From assembly GCF_001194135.2 (NCBI RefSeq), contig NC_068981.1, positions 75,171,735 to 75,217,281 on the forward strand: a stretch of 45,547 bases of DNA, in the 5' to 3' direction. Made by a program: the position numbers and the translations under genes. Below the pieces are notes generated by a model. That model was not told where the DNA came from. It saw only the letters and a list, made by a program, of their open reading frames with translations, and ran no database searches. Origin of the DNA: Octopus bimaculoides. Taxonomy: Eukaryota. How positions within the stretch are numbered: the stretch's first letter is position 1; each line of letters begins with the position of its first letter. Shown here piece after piece: positions 36,847 to 45,547 of this stretch.

Positions 36847-38431
36847 AAGGAAAATGAGAAAGAGAGAAAGGGAGAGAGTATATTCTAGCAATAACCTCAA
36901 AAAACAAGCACAAAACAACATGAATATCCGTTTCATCTTTACATAATGTACCAATTGACTTCTTTTGATATCCCCAAAAGATCTTTTATTAGGAAGTCGG
37001 TTGTACGTAAGGCAAATTGTTGCTCGTAGTATGTGAATACACAGCCGGAAAGTAACGGACTAGTAAGTATATATATACATCATGGATAACAAAACACACT
37101 TGATACAAAAGCCACATTGTATAAATTCAGATGTGTGATAGCCACAAACGTGTGGACGAAATTTACTCACGTTTTTATTGTTAAATACACATTTCATGAC
37201 AAATCATGGTGTAGAAATTTTAAAAACTAAATGTATCAGATAATTTTTATTTATGCAAATTGTTTATGTTTTAAACTGGTTCATATTCAAATGCCAAATG
37301 TTTTCGAAATCTTGGCACAAGATTGTATTATCTATATTGGGTTTATCTCATACCGTAATCAGGAACGGAACCATTAACGAACAATATGCAAATTTACTTT
37401 GTAGTATCAAAAATAGACTGCTCAAAATATGCGTAAAAAGAATTATTTTATATTTATTCGGCTTAGATAATATTTGGTTAAAACAAGATTTAAATATGTA
37501 AAAAAAACGCACATCAATAAATTACGTATTTGGAACTTACGCTATTTTGCAAAATTACAGTCTTATACTACTCTAACAAACTATGAATACTTCAATTACC
37601 ATCGTCTACATCGCTGTTTACTGATACTAGAACTGTTGGTCTCCATGTGATTTATGTTTCATAGACAATTCAACGATATGCTGTAAAGACTGTATCAATT
37701 AGCTTTAGTGAGGATTTATTTGTAAGATTTGCTCGAAGATTCGAATTTCACAAACTGTTTTACAAATTATTCTGTTTCACAACAATATGTTGCTCTGAAA
37801 ATTACGCTTCGTGAGGGATATTTTCTTCCTGGTGCTTGTTTTCAGAACTCACTTGTATACTAGTATACTTGTATACTTGTATACTAGCACTTCTAGATAG
37901 TTTGGGGATCCAGATTTTGTAGTTTCATTAGTTCCATTCCAAAATAATTTTCTTCTGTAATTGCAGTTCTGAAGCTTATACAATCAGACAATGACGTTAT
38001 TAACCATAAATAAATTTTAGAGAAAGGTAAATAACGGCTTCACCCTCGAAACTGATTAGAAAATTATGAAGTCATACTTGTAAATTAAATTTGTACTCTC
38101 TTAGTTTCTAATCTTATAAGCGAATGAATTTATTCTCCTACTGAGATAGCAAATGTGACTGAAATTCTTGATATATATTTTTTCATTTTTTCTAAAAGAT
38201 AAACATTGTCCAAAAATAAGACAAGTTACCTGTTCGGAGAGGATGCATTATGTCAGTGAGGGATATGTAAATATGCATCATTTTCTAGTTGACGCTACGT
38301 TATTTTTTACCTTCTCCCCTCCTATCAAATACAATTATTTCTAGGAGATTCACAAACTCAACTCTTTAAATGTGGGTTATCAATTAACACCTACGTATTA
38401 TTGCAATAAAAGAGCAATGAATACGTTTGTT

Positions 38432-38595
38432 TTAAAGCTCTATTTCTTCAACGAAATTTCTGAAATATTGATAGGTCACCCCATTTACGACTATAGATAT
38501 TACAACCTCGAAGTCATCTTTGCTAACATTCACATACTTGAAGTGCCTATCTGACAGATTTCCACGACGAAAATATAATGAAGCGGGAGAAAAAT
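38432..38595 (-). CDS. Weak candidate exon
   Basis: ttttctAG acceptor, then open DFSPASLYFRRGNLSDRHFKYVNVSKDDFEVVISIVVNGVTYQYFRNFVEEIEL* in unique DNA. No homology recognised. Confidence 0.22.
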
Positions 38596-38719
38596 CTAGA
38601 AAACTGGGATCACATACCATTGTGTTAATTAAATCTCTAAAATTTAAAAATTAAAATTAAAATTAATGGGAAAAATTAAATAAAAACTTACATTACATTA
38701 CAACTTAAACCAAACCAAG

Positions 38720-38765
<46 letters not shown>

Positions 38766-38773
38766 CACATACA

Positions 38774-39147
38774 TGTTGGCATTCCGTCGCTTACGACGTC
38801 GAGGGTTCCAGTTAATCCGATCAACAGAACAGCCTGCTCGTGAAATTAACATGCAAATGGCTGAGCACTCCACAGACACGTGTACCCTTAAGGTAGTTCT
38901 CGGGGATATTCAGCGTGACACAGTGTGACAAGGCTGACCCTTTGAATTACAGGCACAACAGAAACAGGAAGTAAGAGAAAGTTGTAGTGAAAGAGTTCAG
39001 CAAGGTTCGCCACCATCTCCTGCCGGAGCCTCGTGGAGATTTAGGTGTTTTCGCTCAATAAACACTTACAACGCCCGGTCTGGGAATCGAAACCGCGATC
39101 CTATGACCGCATGTCCGCTGCCCTAACCACTCGGCCATTGCGCCTCC
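38774..39147 (-). mobile_element. tRNA-derived SINE, family E, well preserved
   Basis: Minus strand reads ggaggcgcaaTGGCCGAGTGGttagggcagcggac...GGTTTCGATTCCCagaccgggcg (A and B boxes), then ttgagcgaaaacacct. The 3' end abuts (TA)n. Confidence 0.85.
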
Positions 39148-39699
39148 ACTATACACATACATATCAATATATTAATCTATATATTTAAGTATACACACAC
39201 AAACACAAACATGCATATATATAAATACACACACAAAAAACATACATATACATACTTCCATACACCTCTCCAAAATATAAACAAATATATATAAATTTAA
39301 AACATTTAAAAATATATACAAAAAATATATGTAAAAAATTCTATTAAAAAATTTATTAAAAAAATTATAAGATTCACAAAATATTTTTAAGCTATAAATT
39401 ATCCCAATCATAGGACTAAGAAATAAATTAAGAACTTGTTATTTAATGAATGTTTATATTGTTTACTAAACTATAGTAAATATATCCAAATCTAAAACAT
39501 AACACTAGAATGAATTCACCTAAAAGACGAAACAAAACACATTTGCAATGTAGAAAACCAAAAACAAAAATACAGATGAAATAGTAAATACAAAGGGTGA
39601 AACTGTGATTATCAGACTCTTAATATCCGGTTATTCAAAAATAAGATAAAATGAAACAAAACATCCATAATAGACTTAATTATTTAAACTTTTTAAACA

Positions 39700-42148
39700 C
39701 ACATTTATTCCGATGAACACAGAAAAAAAACTATTTCAGATTTTGAATTTTACTGCTTACATTTAGAAAATAAAATCTAAAATAATTCCTCAGAACGAAG
39801 GGAACAAAAACTATTACCAATCTTGTAAGCCAGAGCTGTCCCTAAAATATTCCATTAAATAAAGAACGTTTTATTATTATCTTTACTATTCCAGATGAAA
39901 TTACTGAAACTAGTAGAAGAAGCCCTATTTATCTTTCTAAAGGAATGCTAATGATTCGAAGCACTTAATAAAATTTGAAGAAGAACCAATATAAAAGTAA
40001 TCATTACCTTCAGAAATAACGTTAACTTGGTAAACTACTTCTCTACGTTTACAAAAAATTCCAAATAAACAATTTCCTTTGTTTCTACAGTCACAAAGGG
40101 AATTTCCACCCATACTTGAGCCGTCAACAATTGAATTATTAATAAGCAAAAAGTTATCCTCCTCATTATTATTAAAACTTATATTAGAATCAAAACCATC
40201 ATTACCACCCTGACTGTTGGAATAAATCAATAACATTGGCACCTATAGAATTGATCTCGTTAACATTATCTGAACTATCACAAAGATAAAAACCAGATAA
40301 TTTCTTTTCATTAATAGAAGAAATAATCTGAGATAAATTCCAAGAAACCGAAAAACAACCTTAGTGGATCTCGGATTCAAAATCTCTTAGTATCTACTTT
40401 TTCCATTGAAATATTTCAAAAACAGCCCCAATTAACTTACATTTTAATTGACCGACATAGAGAATAATATACCATATAATGTTATTCTTGTCCAAAGATA
40501 AATTAGAATGAGTTAAACTATTAACCTTATTGACCTTATAACATTATAGAATTATAACCTTTTAACACGTAATTGTATTTGTGTTTATGATCATTAGTAA
40601 CTGGAGTTAAAAGATTAATCTCTATGATCTTATGTGCACTTCCAGATTAATATTTACCCTTCCGTTTAGATTTGACATATTTAAAATCCATAACCATGCA
40701 TTAGTAAGTTTCAATTCATCAGTATATTTAGGGCTAGAAATATCAAAGTATTCAGTTTTCCTATTGTAACTAACCTTATTAAGGGCTATGTTTATAGTAA
40801 TCAGCAATCTTATCAAAAACTTCCTTACAAGAAGATAAGGCAGAAATTCTCCTAGACATATTGTAAATTAGAAATTGTTTAACACAGCCTGGATGACTAC
40901 TTTCTAAATTGATATATTTCAGATTAGAGTTAGGCTTATGATAAGGTTCTTAAATACCAGTACTAGAATTACAGTTAACATCGAAGAAGTTAACTGATTC
41001 ATGTTCATTTCCTATGGTGATAGATAAACCGAAACTAACTTTAAAAAAGCAGTGACACTTCTTACTATATAGATCCAATTCCATATTAGAAACATTCCTA
41101 ACGGTGAACAAAGAGTTATCTCGGTATAACTCCCCAGAAAGATCCGGAAACTCACTCTAATTTAAACACAATGTAAATAACTACTATAACCGTAACTTGA
41201 GCGGAATTCATCGCTCCCACAAGAATATTAAAACTGTCGTAACTATCCTTTCTAACTCAATACTCATTCTCAAATACAATGACGGATCTTCTAGCTACTA
41301 AAATGATATTAATTTCATCCATACTCAAGTCAGAATTACTCTTAGTAAATGTTTAAAACTACTTTATTAATTGAAGAATAATAGCTATCACTATCTATCT
41401 GAACAAACCTATTCATACGTTTATTCTCAATATTTTTAACCGATCAATAACCTCATAAGAGTGAGACCAAAATGCAATTTAATTTTATCCTTGAGAATTG
41501 GAATATTGTTATCTAAAATGACCTTACTTAGTCTCTCCAAATCTGATTTCCTAGAGCAAATCAAGCGCACTGTAGGGTAACTATAAAAATTATCCTTACG
41601 GTCTTTTAAAATGAATTTGGGTCTTTAGGAACAAATGGTTCAGTCCTATCATCCAGATGATAATCTTCCATAATACTTTTAGCAATTAAATTATTAGTCC
41701 TCAAAACATTCTTATCAACTATTTTATGTTTTGATAATTTCCTTTTTTAATAGCTGGTGATAGAAATTCCCGTCAAGATTATATACGTTTCCAGGCGTAT
41801 AAGAGTGAACAATGATGCCTTCCTTCTTTCTCAAGTCAGAAACAATCGATTTAAATTTCAATAAGTCTTATTTACCCGTACGGAGGAATTTTTAAAACTT
41901 AACGCTTTTGACGATGTCCCATAATTCACTTTCAAACTGGTAAGATTACTGTTCAAAGGCGAAAATTTTGTAGCCTTAAACATTTTCTTATATATATTTT
42001 CATTAACAACGTCTTGATCAGTATCTGACGACTCAGTATTTCTATCGAAATAAAAAGATTTTCATCTGAGTCTATAAATAAATTCAGTTGTTTGAAATAC
42101 CAGGTCTTTCAAAAATTCCTTCTTAGATGGAATCAGAATATCCCTCAT
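39700..42148 (-). mobile_element. Near full-length Penelope-like retroelement ORF fossil (RT + GIY-YIG)
   Basis: Collinear fragments: MRDILIPSKKEFLKDL..FIYRLR (ATG 42148), FILKDRKDNF..PTVRLI, FVQID..YYSSI, GAMNSAQVT, LYRDNSL (41126-41115, degenerate YRDD) and CDCRNKGNC...VVYQV...YFYIG. Many stops. Confidence 0.85.
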
Positions 42149-42444
42149 AGATACATCAACTTCACTTGTTTTCCTCTCTACCGGGTTGGACAAATGACAC
42201 AGGACTACCGAAGTAGCCAAGCAAGCAAAGAATATATACAAAACTATATATTCAATATTGGTACAATCAATAAATAAAGAATAAGGAAAGGAAGAAAATA
42301 TAAGCGTAGGAGATCTCTTAATACAAATCCAACAAAGATTCTACCAGTTGTTTCCAACCCTAATTAATTACAAAGCAAAACCATATATACATACATATAT
42401 ATATATGTTTGTGTGTGCGTATATATATATATATATATATATAT

Positions 42445-43842
42445 NNNNNNNNNNNNNNNNNNNNNNNNNNNNNNNNNNNNNNNNNNNNNNNNNNNNNNNN
42501 NNNNNNNNNNNNNNNNNNNNNNNNNNNNNNNNNNNNNNNNNNNNNNNNNNNNNNNNNNNNNNNNNNNNNNNNNNNNNNNNNNNNNNNNNNNNNNNNNNNN
42601 NNNNNNNNNNNNNNNNNNNNNNNNNNNNNNNNNNNNNNNNNNNNNNNNNNNNNNNNNNNNNNNNNNNNNNNNNNNNNNNNNNNNNNNNNNNNNNNNNNNN
42701 NNNNNNNNNNNNNNNNNNNNNNNNNNNNNNNNNNNNNNNNNNNNNNNNNNNNNNNNNNNNNNNNNNNNNNNNNNNNNNNNNNNNNNNNNNNNNNNNNNNN
42801 NNNNNNNNNNNNNNNNNNNNNNNNNNNNNNNNNNNNNNNNNNNNNNNNNNNNNNNNNNNNNNNNNNNNNNNNNNNNNNNNNNNNNNNNNNNNNNNNNNNN
42901 NNNNNNNNNNNNNNNNNNNNNNNNNNNNNNNNNNNNNNNNNNNNNNNNNNNNNNNNNNNNNNNNNNNNNNNNNNNNNNNNNNNNNNNNNNNNNNNNNNNN
43001 NNNNNNNNNNNNNNNNNNNNNNNNNNNNNNNNNNNNNNNNNNNNNNNNNNNNNNNNNNNNNNNNNNNNNNNNNNNNNNNNNNNNNNNNNNNNNNNNNNNN
43101 NNNNNNNNNNNNNNNNNNNNNNNNNNNNNNNNNNNNNNNNNNNNNNNNNNNNNNNNNNNNNNNNNNNNNNNNNNNNNNNNNNNNNNNNNNNNNNNNNNNN
43201 NNNNNNNNNNNNNNNNNNNNNNNNNNNNNNNNNNNNNNNNNNNNNNNNNNNNNNNNNNNNNNNNNNNNNNNNNNNNNNNNNNNATATATATATATATATA
43301 TAAGTACACATCCACCCACAAACATATGTACGCCTGTACACACATTCTTGTATGTACTTGCATGTATATACGTAGGTACTCACACGTATGCATACACGCC
43401 CATATTTATTTATCTATACATACATACATGCTTGCATGCATACATACATAGATACATATATACATACATGCATACACATATATGTATGTGTGTATATATA
43501 ATATATTCATGTATGCATGTTTATACTGCATGAACGAATATTACATGTCAAATAAATCTCTACAGGGAAGCAAAAGGTCGTTTAACACGGATTTATTTCA
43601 GTTTCTGTGGAGTTTAAGCGAGCAAGAGTGCGTGACATCTACTGGAACCGTCACAGATCCGTTACAGGGTTAGCTATTCTACAGCATGGAATTTAGTTTC
43701 AGTTAGTGGAGTGAAGAAGAATGAAAATGAGAGTTTTGCCGAAAGACATAACATGACACCCGTTCAAATTTCACCGTACATGAACACATCCACACCCAAA
43801 CACACACACATACACATAAGCATACACACCCAACCACCCAAT

Positions 43843-43884
<42 letters not shown>

Positions 43885-44312
43885 NNNNNNNNNNNNNNNN
43901 NNNNNNNNNNNNNNNNNNNNNNNNNNNNNNNNNNNNNNNNNNNNNNNNNNNNNNNNNNNNNNNNNNNNNNNNNNNNNNNNNNNNNNNNNNNNNNNNNNNN
44001 NNNNNNNNNNNNNNNNNNNNNNNNNNNNNNNNNNNNNNNNNNNNNNNNNNNNNNNNNNNNNNNNNNNNNNNNNNNNNNNNNNNNNNNNNNNNNNNNNNNN
44101 NNNNNNNNNNNNNNNNNNNNNNNNNNNNNNNNNNNNNNNNNNNNNNNNNNNNNNNNNNNNNNNNNNNNNNNNNNNNNNNNNNNNNNNNNNNNNNNNNNNN
44201 NNNNNNNNNNNNNNNNNNNNNNNNNNNNNNNNNNNNNNNNNNNNNNNNNNNNNNNNNNNNNNNNNNNNNNNNNNNNNNNNNNNNNNNNNNNNNNNNNNNN
44301 NNNNNNNNNNNN

Positions 44313-44386
<74 letters not shown>
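42445..44386. other. Assembly gaps 42445-43283 and 43885-44312 with flanking (TA)n, (CA)n and (GA)n
   Basis: N runs. The long ORFs here are artefacts. Confidence 0.97.
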
Positions 44387-44388
<2 letters not shown>

Positions 44389-44945
44389 ATGCAGATAACC
44401 AAATCATATACATTAAATATATTAAATATAATATTTTGGGTATGAAACACCAAATACGTATATATGCATACATGCAAAACGAGAGAAGATAAAAGTTGGA
44501 AACTTTCAGATCATGAATTGTTAAGTATAGATAAACAGATATTTATATTAAATGGTTCAACTGACACAGAGTAGAAACTACAGAGAAAGTTAAAGGGGTG
44601 GAACAATTTTCGTCCACACCTTTAAATTTCTGTGACGTTTGTACTCTCTGTAAGCTGAACCTATCAATATAAATATCTACATATTCATGCTTAAAAATTT
44701 CATGATCTAAAAGTCTCCACGTATATACATATTTTATAATTCATACCTCAAAATGTAGTCAATATATTTAATATATTTGATGTATCTAATGTTTTTTATC
44801 CGCATAACTGCCTCTACATGATCCCTCGTATAGCTTTTCATTACCTTGAGGGTTCATCCCCTCTAAAGACATTCGAGTCTACGTTTGAGTCTCATATGTG
44901 TTACTAAGTGTTGTCCATAAGGAAAATCTCTGGACCTCATCTCTG

Positions 44946-44989
<44 letters not shown>

Positions 44990-45493
44990 ATATAATAGTA
45001 TATTCCGACACTATAGATCCACTTATTTCGTTTAGTGACTGATTTACGAATACACCAACACTAGCGCCGCTGAGGGTAATATTCTCTAGGAACACACAAA
45101 AGCACTTTTCAGAGTTATTTATTTTGAATTGTTATTATCTCATATCTGATTAGACTCTTATTAAGTAACATGCTTCATGATTTTAGTATTCATACCTTAT
45201 TAGTATTTCCTCCTATGTTCTATATACTCTGCGAACGCATTAAAGACCTTTTCGGGGCCACTTTATTTGAATTCTTACTATCGGGTAACTAATTTCATGT
45301 TATTACATAACTGACTTCACAATTTGGGTATTCATAACTTATTGGGAATTCCTAAAAACAAGATCCTGTGTGAAAAAGTTTGATATTCTCTGTAAATGTA
45401 CAAAAGCCGTTTTAAGGGCTATATATTTTGTATTGTTGTTATTGGATTAGCGAAACAATTATGAGAACGGAGCCAAGGGATAAGTCCCGCTTT

Positions 45494-45522
45494 CCCGAGA
45501 ACTACCGGGCACATCAGCTAGT
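45494..45522 (+). mobile_element. Helitron-like 3' terminus
   Basis: cccg-agaactac-cggg hairpin, 8 nt, then CTAG|T next to (TA)n. The 5' end was not located. Confidence 0.45.
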
Positions 45523-45547
45523 ACATAAATATATATATATATATATA

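Noticed and set aside
39075-39147. tRNA-like sequence as a tRNA gene
   Set aside because: It continues into a SINE body and tail, and no full cloverleaf is evident.
43636-43790. Open frame IRYRVSYSTAWNLVSVSGVKKNENESF...
   Set aside because: Splice signals are weak, the frame runs into (CA)n, and no homology was recognised.

Overview
AT-rich eukaryotic draft-scaffold DNA with 11 N-gaps, nearly all at microsatellites. It is most likely cephalopod (Octopus-like); this is inferred from the repeat style and not verified. No complete host gene is visible, and most ORFs in the supplied track are microsatellite or N-gap artefacts. The window is mostly decayed mobile DNA: several tRNA-derived SINE families, a near full-length Penelope-like fossil (RT + GIY-YIG) plus a second GIY-YIG fragment, two RTE fragments, an R4/Dong-like 3' end, a mariner with both TIRs, a mariner MITE, two maT/DD37D-like remnants and two Chapaev3-like transposons. 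One Chapaev3-like copy keeps TIRs, a TTA TSD and an apparent intron. The most notable signals are four minimal type-I hammerhead-ribozyme motifs in two repeat families. One family forms a tandem pair inside an R4/Dong + (TAA)n + fold-back cluster at 20.4-21.3 kb. Also notable are several fold-backs, a 108-bp inverted-repeat pair around CpG-rich DNA and a few candidate orphan exons. Family names come from motif recognition by eye and need Dfam/Repbase/BLAST confirmation.
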